A DNA stretch of 63,874 bases, filler included, from Craspedostauros australis (taxonomy: Eukaryota), in assembly GCA_030167865.1 (NCBI GenBank). It is 6 parts of 6 records of this genome, joined end to end, with 100 filler letters (N's around TTAATTAATTAA, not from the genome) between each part and the next. Parts side by side here need not be neighbours in the genome. Positions count along the whole stretch, not along the records: positions 33,010 to 38,047 come from JALAGF010006643.1; positions 38,148 to 60,584 come from JALAGF010006644.1; 4 more parts are not named here. One strand, given 5' to 3'. Of the stretch, positions 33,010 through 44,266 are shown in pieces. The translations under genes were made by a program, and so were the position numbers. The notes beneath the pieces were generated by a model. That model searched no databases. It was given only the letters and a program-made list of their open reading frames with translations, and was not told the DNA's origin. Every line of letters starts with the position of its first letter. Position 1 is the first letter of the stretch.

Positions 33010-36000
33010 AGCGGACCAACCAGTGGCCCAACGTCCGGCCCAACTAGCGGACCAACGTCGGGACCAACCAGCGGACCAACCAGCGGACCAACCTCAGGAC
33101 CAACCTCAGGACCAACCTCAGGACCAACCTCAGGACCAACGAGCGGACCAACATCCGGACCAACATCCGGACCAACATCCGGACCAACCAGTGGACCAAC
33201 TAGCGGACCAACAACGGGCCCCACTTCTGGACCAACAAGCGGCCCAACAAGCGGACCTACTTCCGGCCCAACCTCTGGACCAACTAGCGGACCAACCTCT
33301 GGACCAACATCTGGACCAACAAGCGGCCCAACTAGCGGACCTACTTCTGGACCAACTTCGGGACCAACCAGTGGCCCAACCAGCGGCCCAACATCTGGAC
33401 CAACCAGCGGACCAACTTCGGGACCAACCAGCGGCCCAACCAGTGGCCCAACCAGTGGACCAACCAGCGGACCAACATCCGGCCCAACATCTGGACCAAC
33501 ATCAGGACCAACCAGCGGACCAACCTCCGGACCTACTTCTGGACCAACCAGCGGACCAACTCCACAGCCAACATCCCAACCAACAGCCAGTGCTGCACCA
33601 ACCAACTGCGTTGATCCAGATGGCGCCAAGCTCGTCGAATCCACTGATCCTTCCTACACTGCCGACCCCAAGCCAATCATCCTCACATTCGAGAGCGACG
33701 ATGCAACACTCGTTGAGTTCGACTTCGTTCAGAACATCATCAACGGAGTCATTCCTCATGTCTTCATCAAGTACCGCAAGTCTGAGACTGGTATGAAGGA
33801 ATGCGCTGAGTTTACAAATGTCGGAGAGAACACTCCAATCTCACTTTCTGCCGAGTGTGTGGACATGTCCACGAATGTGGTGATCTACATCTACACTGGT
33901 GATGACTTTGCCAGTGAGAACTGCGAGGCATGCAGCCTTCCAAGTGATGGCGGCGAAGGCGGCTCAGGCAATCCAGACAGCTTTGCTGCGTACTACTTCG
34001 ATGTTCCATGCAACACCGAGTGTATCGAACCAACTGCAGCCCCAACTTCGGCGCCAACCAGCGGACCAACCTCGGGACCAACCAGTGGGCCAACCAGCGG
34101 ACCCACCTCTGGCCCAACGTCTGGACCAACTTCCGGGCCAACAAGCGGACCAACCTCTGGACCAACCTCCGGACCAACCAGTGGACCAACTAGCGGCCCA
34201 ACATCTGGACCAACTAGCGGACCAACTTCGGGACCTACATCTGGACCAACATCCGGCCCAACATCTGGACCTACTTCAGGACCAACCTCTGGACCAACCA
34301 GTGGACCAACCTCCGGCCCGACATCTGGCCCAACCAGCGGACCAACATCTGGACCAACTAGCGGCCCAACTTCGGGACCAACTTCTGGACCAACCAGCGG
34401 ACCAACAAGCGGACCAACAAGCGGCCCAACATCTGGACCAACATCTGGACCAACAAGCGGACCTACCAGCGGACCAACTAGCGGCCCCACCTCTGGACCA
34501 ACTAGCGGCCCAACTTCGAGACCAACCAGCGGACCAACCAGCGGCCCCACCAGCGGACCAACATCCGGCCCAACTTCGGGACCAACATCAGGACCTACCA
34601 GTGGACCAACTTCCGGACCTACTTCTGGACCAACCAGCGGACCAACTCCACACCCAACATCCCAGCCAACAGCCAGTGCTGCACCAACCAACTGCGTTGA
34701 TCCAGATGGCGCCAAGCTCGTCGAATCCACTGATCCTTCCTACACTGCCGACCCCAAGCCAATCATCCTCACATTCGAGAGCGACGATGCAACACTTGTC
34801 GAATTCGACTTCGTTCAGAACATCATCAACGGAGTCATTCCTCATGTCTTCATCAAGTACCACAAGTCTGAGACTGGTATCAAGGAATGCGCTGAGTTTG
34901 CAAATGTCGGAGAGAACACTCCAATCTCGCTTTCTGCCGAGTGTGTGGACATGTCCACGAATGTGGTGATCTACATCTACACTGGNNNNNNNNNNNNCAG
35001 TGAGAACTGCGAGGCATGCAGCCTTCCAAGTGATGACGGCGAAGGTGGCTCAGGCAATCCAGACAGCTTTGCTGCGTACTACTTTGATGTTCCATGCAAC
35101 ACCGAGTGTATCGAACCAACTGCAGCCCCAACTTCGGCGCCGACCTCTGGACCAACCAGCGGACCCACATCTGGACCAACCAGCGGACCAACCTCCGGAC
35201 CAACCTCCGGACCAACTAGCGGACCTACTTCGGGTCCAACATCAGGACCAACATCCCGACCTACTTCTGGACCAACTTCGGGACCAACCAGTGGCCCAAC
35301 CAGCGGCCCCACCAGCGGACCAACATCCGGCCCAACATCTGGACCAACATCAGGACCAACATCAGGACCAACATCTGGACCTACTAGCGGACCAACAAGC
35401 GGNNNNNNNNNNNNNNNNNNNNNNNNNNNNNNNNNNNNNNNNNNNNNNNNNNNNNNNNNNNNNNNNNNNNNNNNNNNNNNNNNNNNNNNNNNNNNNNNNN
35501 NNNNNNNNNNNNNNNNNNNNNNNNNNNNNNNNNNNNNNNNNNNNNNNNNNNNNNNNNNNNNNNNNNNNNNNNNNNNNNNNNNNNNNNNNNNNNTAGCGGC
35601 CCAACTTCCGGACCTACTTCGGGACCAACTAGCGGCCCAACTTCGGGACCTACTTCGGGACCAACCAGCGGACCAACATCTGGACCAACCTCTGGACCAA
35701 CATCTGGACCAACCTCTGGACCAACTAGCGGCCCAACTTCGGGACCAACCAGCGGACCAACCAGTGGACCAACTTCCGGCCCAACTTCGGGACCAACATC
35801 CGGACCGACCTCCGGCCCAACTAGCGGCCCAACTTCGGGACCAACAAGCGGACCAACAAGCGGACCAACTAGCGCCCCGACCTCTGGGCCTACTGCCGGC
35901 CCAACCAGTGGACCAACCAGCGGACCAACCTCTGGACCTACTTCTGGACCAACCTCTGGACCAACTTCGGGACCAACCAGTGGGCCAACTTCGGGACCAA

Positions 36001-38047
36001 CCAGTGGACCTACTTCCGGCCCAACCAGCGGACCAACTTCGGGACCAACCAGCGGACCAACGTCTGGACCAACCAGCGGTCCAACTTCTGGACCAACCTC
36101 TGGACCAACTTCTGGACCAACTTCCGGACCAACCAGCGGACCAACTAGCGGACCTACCAGCGGACCAACCAGTGGACCAACTTCCGGACCAACCTCCGGA
36201 CCAACTTCCGGACCAACCAGCGGACCAACATCCGGCCCAACATCTGGACCAACCTCTGGACCAACATCGGGACCAACGAGCGGACCTACCAGCGGACCAA
36301 CTAGCGGGCCAACCTCGGGACCAACCTCTGGACCAACATCCGGGCCAACATCTGGACCAACCAGTGGACCAACCAGTGGACCAACCAGCGGCCCAACTAG
36401 CGGCCCAACCTCGGGACCTACTTCGGGACCTACTTCCGGCCCAACTAGCGCACCAACCAGCGGACCAACATCCGGCCCAACATCTGGACCAACCTCTGGG
36501 CCAACATCGGGACCAACGAGCGGACCTACCAGCGGACCAACATCCGGCCCCACCTCTGGACCAACTCCTGGACCAACATCTCCACCTACCAGCGGACCTA
36601 CTTCTGGACCAACCTCGGGACCAACATCCGGCCCAACCAGCGGACCAACCAGCGGACCAACCAGCGGACCAACCTCTGGCCCAACCTCGGGACCTACTTC
36701 GGGACCTACTTCAGGACCAACTTCCGGCCCAACTAGCGGACCAACCAGCGGGCCAACATCTCGACCAACTAGCGGACCAACTAGCGGGCCAACCAGCGGC
36801 CCAAGTAGCGGACCAACTTCCGGCCCCACCTCTGGACCAACTTCAGGACCAACTAGCGGACCAACATCCGGCCCAACTAGCGGCCCAACTAGCGGACCGA
36901 CTTCAGGTCCAACATCAGGACCAACGTCCGGACCTACATCTGGGCCAACCAGCGGACCAACCAGTGGACCAACAAGCGGCCCAACATCTGGACCAACATC
37001 TGGACCAACTTCGGGACCAACCAGTGGCCCAACCAGCGGCCCCACCAGCGGACCAACATCCGGCCCAACATCTGGACCAACTTCTGGACCAACCAGCGGA
37101 CCAACCAGCGGACCAACTAGCGGACCTACCAGCGGACCAACCAGTGGACCAACTTCCGGACCTACTTCGGGACCAACTTCCGGACCAACTTCTGGACCAA
37201 CCAGCGGACCAACTCCACAGCCAACATCCCAGCCAACAGCCAGTGCTGCACCAACCAACTGCGTTGATCCNNNNNNNNNNNNNNNNNNNNNNNNNNNNNN
37301 NNNNNNNNNNNNNNNNNNNNNNNNNNNNNNNNNNNNNNNNNNNNNNNNNNNNNNNNNNNNNNNNNNNNNNNNNNNNNNNNNNNNNNNNNNNNNNNNNNNN
37401 NNNNNNNNNCATGTCTTCATCAAGTACCGCAAGTCTGAGACTGGTATGAAGGAATGCGCTGAGTTTACAAATGTCGGAGAGAACACTCCAATCTCACTTT
37501 CTGCCGAATGTGTGGACATGTCCACGAATGTGGTGATCTACATCTACACTGGTGATGACTTTGCCAGTGAGAACTGTGAGGCATGCAGCCTTCCAAGTGA
37601 TGACGGCGAAGGTGGCTCAGGCAATCCAGACAGCTTTGCTGCGTACTACTTCGATGTTCCATGCAACACCGAGTGTATCGAGCCAACTGCAGCCCCAACT
37701 TCGGCGCCAACCAGCGGCCCAACCTCCGGACCAACTAGCGGACCAACGTCTGGACCAACTTCGGGACCAACTTCCGGACCAACGTCAGGACCAACTTCCG
37801 GACCAACATCCGGCCCAACATCTGGACCAACCAGCGGACCAACATCTGGACCAACTAGTGGCCCCACTAGCGGACCAACTTCTGGACCTACTTCGGGACC
37901 AACATCTGGACCAACATCCGGACCAACCTCTGGACCTACTTCGGGACCAACAAGCGGACCAACCAGCGGACCAACATCTGGGCCAACCTCCGGACCTACT
38001 TCAGGCCCAACCAGCGGACCCACATCTGGACCAACATCTGGACCAAC
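33010..38047 (+). CDS. Internal fragment of a very large mucin-like protein: (PTSG)n tracts separated by three copies of a ~144-aa acidic Cys-containing domain
   Basis: 12-bp repeat with synonymous variation that preserves P-T-S-G. Domain copies at ~33601-34032, 34687-35118 and 37254-37686. The apparent frame change falls at an N gap. No start or stop within the contig. Confidence 0.88.
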
Positions 38048-38091
38048 NNNNNNNNNNNNNNNNNNNNNNNNNNNNNNNNNNNNNNNNNNNN

Positions 38092-38103
38092 TTAATTAAT
38101 TAA
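38092..38103. other. Artificial contig-joining linker
   Basis: TTAATTAATTAA flanked by N runs. Confidence 0.97.
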
Positions 38104-38147
38104 NNNNNNNNNNNNNNNNNNNNNNNNNNNNNNNNNNNNNNNNNNNN

Positions 38148-38863
38148 GTCTTTTCCATGTACAGCTGCGGTGGCGATCTTCCATCTCTGGCTTGATGTCG
38201 GAACTGAGGGTTGCCGAGGTAGAAGACCTGGCGAGAAGAATACGAATCATCCTGTCCAGTGGAAACTTTCACTTGATGGAGTTTTTCTGTTGTTTTGTTA
38301 CGGATGGCGCTGTTCAACTTGTTGATGATGGCATCTTGGAGTGACGCCGGTGGTCCTTCGTTGAGGGGTGGGAGTCCTGTGAATGATTGGCGAGCAAATT
38401 CGATGTTATTGACGTTGCAGAGCCAATGATGAAGCGTGGGTGGGGTTCTGCCTTCAGACCGACTTTCCGCTTCTTGACGCACTTTTTGTTGGTACTCTGT
38501 GTCATTGAACATCGGGGTGTATATGGATCGCGAGTAGACCACTGGCTCGACAGTAGTGAGACCAAATCCTCGATCTGTCAATTGTTGTTCAAGCTCCGTC
38601 GTGGTCCATTTGTCATCCCAGAACCTGGCATCTCTGAATACCGATTCCCATGGAGGAGGTGACACTGTGCCAGATCTGTGGGAGAGAGGCTTGGCGACAG
38701 TTGCTGCAAGTACGCCAGGTTTCTGGTCATCCTGTGGATTGGCGGAAGAGGAATCCAGTGGGGGAAGTTCCTGCTGGCTGCTATTGCTCTCGTTGTCGTT
38801 GCTCTTCCCCGTTGTTGTGAATGTTCTTGCGGAGTGTGGTATTCCAACTCTTGGGGGTGTCAT
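38148..38863 (-). CDS. Hypothetical protein, 3'-truncated by the contig end; upstream portion (to ~39900) appears frame-disrupted
   Basis: Open for ~238 codons up to the contig edge, with protein-like composition. No family recognised. Confidence 0.45.
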
Positions 38864-40821
38864 CTGTTGTATATTGTGGGTGGATGGTTGCAGGCTTCCT
38901 GTGACGTTGGAAAGAACTGTGGGATATGCGCTGCATGTCTTGAGGAATCAGTGAGAATGGTCATGAGAGAAAACGCGACAGAGACGATGGAGATGACGAA
39001 GCTCAGCAACAAGCAACAGCATACGACGAGCAACAGGTACAGTTGAAAAGAAGGGCAAGAGAAAGACAGATCGTGAGAGATGGATGTCAGTTGGTTGGAT
39101 TTGGGATGGCACGATCAACTCCCTTCCCACAATGGATGGGTCTCCAGTACAGTACAATACAGCACCATACCAACATTCCATCCTCTCGAATTGAACAACC
39201 CTGACACAAGCACAAGCACAACGAGGAGACACCGACCGTGGTGGGCCTTCCTTGTCAGTGTGAATGTCATTGGTAGTGTCAGTGTGGATGTGAATATCTG
39301 TTGGTGGGGTATCGATTCGTTCTCTCAGTTCGACGAAGTTGGAATGGTTCGAAGTGCAATACGATGCCAGGCCTGCATCCAACCATATACTTACCTTTGA
39401 TCTCTCCCAGAGACTTGCGTTTGCTGCTTGTGTTGCTGGGGTCGTGGCCAGCACTGAGGCTTGCATCTTCGCTCGCTTCAAGCGCGGCAGAAAGCGCCGA
39501 CATCCAATCATATCGTTGCCTTTGTTCTTTGCAGAACCTTGAGATTGCTGCGTTTGTTGATTATGTTGTTGGTTGTCAGAGTTGTGGCCAGCACTGAGGC
39601 TCGTTGCTTTGCTTGCTTCAAGTGTGGCAGAAACGTGCCAAGATGCGGACTTCGTGGTTGCCACGCCAAGAAAGGAATCAAGACAGTGGATTGTCCTGTG
39701 TTGCTGTTGTCACGATGGTCGTCTTGTTGGAGGAGTTGGTGCTCTGTGGATGCTGGTGATCCTTTCGCTGCTGATTGCGACTGTCGTTGTCACTGGCGAC
39801 AATGCAGATGAAGATGCAGATGGAGATGATGACGAGGAAGATGGCCTTGCTTCTGAGGAAGGTTGATGTTTATGGTCCTGTTTGATTGATGTCTGCAATT
39901 GTGTTTGATTTCGTTATCGTGTTGTTGTTGTTATTGTTGTTTCTTTCACCACCACGAACATCTGGTGTCCTGAAATGCTCTGGGGTTCACATGTTCTCTG
40001 TGTAACCTTGGGAGTTGTCAGGTTCTGGTGCGGTCTCTTCGAACCCTGTGTTACTCTCAGTCTTTGTGTTCTGAAATGTTCTGTGGTTCACAGGATTCCA
40101 TTTCTTCGTTCTTCGAAGTTGTCAGGTTTTGGCGCAACCTCCTCGGACTGTGTTGCTCCAAGTGTGACGCCAATAAGAAAACGGCGACGATTGATCAATC
40201 GCCACATTTGAGTGGAGATCCAGGTTCAAACCCATGTCACCTCCACTCACATGAACATGTTGGCACGAGGACGTTGCGCACAGTGATTGAGCAGTTGCAA
40301 CATGTCACGCGAAGTGCCGTGTGTGTTGTGATGTGTTCTCCTGTGTTGTCCTCTCCTGTGTTGTGTTGTGCTGTGGCATCATCCAACGTCTTTGCTCGAA
40401 CAGGTCCATTCTCACGTGTTCGTCAACCAATAGAACCAGTACCAAACAGGATAGAGAGCACAGCAGAATAGAACCCAGGATGGTTGGGTTTCGTTCTGGC
40501 TCACTGAGTAGTCATCCACTCGAGGCGAGAGTGTTGGGACCAGGTGCAATGCTCACTCGTGTAGAATACAATTATACCACACTATACCATACTGCACTGA
40601 GCTACACTACGGTACACCATAACATACTCTGCAATGCAACACATTCCAATGCAGTTCCATATCTACAAGCACATGGACCAATGCAGCAGAGTACTCCAAA
40701 CACACACGTCGACTCGTATTGCATCAGTCCACACAATCGACTCTGTCCACTCTAATCCACTCTGCTCTATTCTATTCCATAACATTCCATGCCATTCTAC
40801 GACATTCCATTCTACGACACT

Positions 40822-41664
40822 CTACAAATCAGAATCCACCGCTGGACCATCAACTGCCAGACCACCAACGATACTGTACCCACCATCCACATAGATCGTC
40901 TGACCTGTGATTCCCGTCCCACCCATCGACAAGAATGACACTGTGTCCGCAACCTCATCCGCTGTCACATTGCCCAACGGTGCACGCTCCTGCATCTCCT
41001 GTCGCATAGCTCCAAAGTTGGCGATGCCGCCCTTGGCCGCCACCGTGTTCAAGGGACCCGCGCTGACCGCGTTGACGCGCACAGGTGCCATCTCCAGTGC
41101 CAGACCGCGCACGATGGATTCCAGGCTAGCCTTGGCCGGTCCCATGACATGATACGATGGGATGGCGCGCACGGCTCCCAAGTAGGTCAAGGCTGTGATG
41201 GTGGAGTGGTGTTCCATGTGAGGTTGTGCATGTCGTGCCAGTTCGATGAGGGAGTATGCTGAGATGGCATGGGCCTCTTGATAGTCTTCGAAGGTGGTGT
41301 TCAGCAAGGGTCGGTGCAGGTTGTTGGCAAATGCCACGGAATGCACGATGGCATGCAATGGACGATGGTGTTGTGACACGTGTTGAAAGAGTTTTGGGAT
41401 ATCGTGCTGGACATCGCAGATGAGGCCTGTCAATGACGGATGTTGTTGTTGCTGTTGCTGTTGTGTATCATGTTGTTGTTGCTGCTGTTCGATGTGCTTG
41501 TGCATCATCCGTTCCACCTTGGCGCCGATCTTTTCATTCTGATACGTGAGGATGACATCGTAGTTGTTGTTGAGAAAGGAGCGGACGCAGCTCCATGCGA
41601 TGGATCTGGCATTCGCAACACCCAAGACCAATGCGAGCGGTCGTCGAGCTTGTTGGATGCTCAT
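40822..41664 (-). CDS. fabI: Enoyl-[acyl-carrier-protein] reductase, bacterial FabI type (SDR family)
   Basis: LVLGVANARSIAW, IVHSVAFA, ISAYSL, ALTYLGA, catalytic YHVMGPAK (Y-x6-K), VNAVSAGPLNT, ITGQTIYVDGG. Confidence 0.93.
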   Translation of the reverse strand: MSIQQARRPLALVLGVANARSIAWSCVRSFLNNNYDVILTYQNEKIGAKVERMMHKHIEQQQQQHDTQQQQQQQHPSLTGLICDVQHDIPKLFQHVSQHHRPLHAIVHSVAFANNLHRPLLNTTFEDYQEAHAISAYSLIELARHAQPHMEHHSTITALTYLGAVRAIPSYHVMGPAKASLESIVRGLALEMAPVRVNAVSAGPLNTVAAKGGIANFGAMRQEMQERAPLGNVTADEVADTVSFLSMGGTGITGQTIYVDGGYSIVGGLAVDGPAVDSDL

Positions 41665-42909
41665 TATTGTGGTGTGCTCTGCTGAGACGGTTGCGGATGC
41701 AGAGCGACTCTCTCATCTGGAATGCTTCGTGATGTGGTCTGCATTGGAGATAATCACGCTTGCAACCATGCCCATCACAACTCCGATCCCAGTCACAACC
41801 ATGAAGATCACAGATGTGTTGATGATGTTGGCGGTGCTGATGGTTTGGTTGGAGTTGAAAGATCTCATTTCTGAGATTGTTCGATTTCGTCGAAGTTGGT
41901 GTGACTCGTGAATGGACCCACCTGAGTAAATACGAGTCCGGTGATGAACCTGGCGTCATCATTGACTGACTACGTCATCAACTATTGAAGGTCCATAAGT
42001 AAGATGACGTCGTATGATTTGGTGTTCGCATGTTGAGAAAGAACAATCAGTGACAGTTGAGAACGAAATGGTTCTTGTATTGGAAAGAACCGACGTGTGC
42101 GTGTCCACGGTTGGAGAAACAACGAAGCACATCAATTCCGATCAACGAGGGAGACAACGCGAAAGACCAGATGGCACTGTTGCACATTCTTGGAGACTCC
42201 GCGATCCGCGTGGAACAGCTGAAGACAACCGACACCCAGACAACAAATCAGATTGGATGAGAAACATCATTGAGAAGAGCGTCGCCGCATTCGTCGTTGC
42301 GGGCAGAGGAGCATTGGCACGAGAAGGAGCGTTTCGGCATTCTCGGGAGTCTGAGGTGTTGGCCCAGTTGGTGGATTGGGACATGGCCTCGCCATTTCCT
42401 GCGTGGTTGTTGGTACCTTGTGGACGTGGCTGATCGAGCAATCGTTGAAGCTGCGCAAAGAGGGTGTTCTTCGTTACTCTCTCGCTTTCTGCTGATCTGC
42501 TCAGTTACGGTGAGGAGAGAAGGGAGACGGAGATGCAGAGAGATAGCTTCTGCTGACTCTCTGTTGTGACAACAGTGAATCACTATCACTGCTCCGCACT
42601 CTGCGATCCTCAAAGCAGCCACTGTCGCTGTGATTCCCACTATATTCTGCACATCTCTCAGATCGAACCATTGATACAGTCACGCACAAGTGACAGGCCA
42701 TCAGTGAGAACTCTCTCTCTCGACAGAAGAACGGCACAACGTCGGCACCACTGTAAAGACAGCGATAGATCTTGCCTCATGCAACCATGTCTGGCGTTGC
42801 TCACAATTCAATGAACCCCACAACGATGACAAGCGCCACCGCCAACGTGAACAAGAACTCACAGAAAGCAACCACAACAAACGAAAAAGGAACGCAAAGA
42901 CGAACAAGA

Positions 42910-43647
42910 ATGAGAACATCAGGAGCATACTGGATCGCCCTCGCGGTTGCTGTTTGGGCGGTGGGTTTGGCCTCGGCTTCCCTCATGCTGCGTCCGGATT
43001 CGGGATTGGCAACGATGCAAGCCGATCGTCCCAGCGGCAGCATCCTCAATGGCAGTGCCTCCCTCAGCAGCTGGTGGCTGCAGATTCGCACCATCATGGG
43101 ACATGAGGCTGAACAGAATGTATCACAGGAAGGCACTTCGAACTGGATCGATGACACCATATCGCTGCAACCCAGCATGTTCCTCGTTGAAAACCTCCGC
43201 GAATCGGATGTCCTGAAGCACATGGAACCCATCTTGCCGACGTCGTTCGCTGGCAAGGTCGTCCTGGCCACCGAGCTCACGATGCTCATGCTGTTCCCGA
43301 TGCAGCGGGCGTCCATCGTCTCTGGCAAGTTGGCGCTACAGGTCAGCCGCGGCCTTGGCTGGTCCGCTAACCTGGGTCGCTCCGGCAACCTCGTCCTCCA
43401 ATCCAAGCTCGTGCGCGCCGTGACGCGCCCCGTGGTCTCCCTCGCCAAGACGGTGCGCTCGATCTACAAGAACAGATCCAAGCTCTCCGTCGTCAGCGAG
43501 ATCACCTACTACGCCGATCTGCCACCGCAGAACGCTTCCACGGAGATGTCGCAAGATGAGCAGCAGCAAGAAGAGGAACAGCCCGTCGGTTCGCGGAGAG
43601 AGGACTACAACCTCTTCAGCGCTTTCAGCAAATCAATGATCATCTGA
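42910..43647 (+). CDS. Hypothetical protein with a signal peptide
   Basis: Lies within the 291-aa ORF. ATG at 42910 gives MRTSGAYWIALAVAVWAVGLASA; C/G-ending codons predominate. Confidence 0.6.
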   Translation: MRTSGAYWIALAVAVWAVGLASASLMLRPDSGLATMQADRPSGSILNGSASLSSWWLQIRTIMGHEAEQNVSQEGTSNWIDDTISLQPSMFLVENLRESDVLKHMEPILPTSFAGKVVLATELTMLMLFPMQRASIVSGKLALQVSRGLGWSANLGRSGNLVLQSKLVRAVTRPVVSLAKTVRSIYKNRSKLSVVSEITYYADLPPQNASTEMSQDEQQQEEEQPVGSRREDYNLFSAFSKSMII

Positions 43648-44266
43648 ACATCTCCGAGCAGTTCACAAGAGCTTCCATCGCGCGGCGTCAACCAAGGCGC
43701 ACCATTTTGACACACACCAGTGCAGTTCGCACATCTCAGCCCGATACCTCCATACAGCACAGCACAACACAATACAACACAGCAACACACTGCACATACA
43801 TACCATTTTTACATATTCATACATACCATACCATACACGATATCACACATCATATCACACTACAACACACCAATACAGAAGTACTTGCTCTACACATACC
43901 AACGCAAGTACAACACCATACATAACAAATCACAGTTGAAACCAAACACATTCCCCTCTTCTTTACTAATCCCCTGGTTATGCCACTCGTTAGGAAGACC
44001 GTTGCAGAGCCCAGTTCCGCTCCCTGCAACACAAGCACAGGTCACAGCACACTTGCAACTCCCATAAATCTACACACACAGCACAACAAAGCAAAGCACA
44101 AACAATATCTTTCCATGGTGACACAGCAACAACCCGCTGGTCTGGTAACACGTGGCATTGCAACATGAAACCAAACTATCTCGGCTGCTCTGACTCCGGT
44201 TTGGAATAGTGCCTTCATTCCTTTCCCGGCGAAGACGATGGTAGATCCATACGACCATGTCTTTGC

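Noticed and set aside
32958..38023. Long (VGPL/VGPE)n minus-strand and (DQP/DQL)n plus-strand ORFs
   Set aside because: Alternative readings of the 12-bp repeat. Only the PTSG frame keeps variation synonymous and is continuous with the Cys domain.
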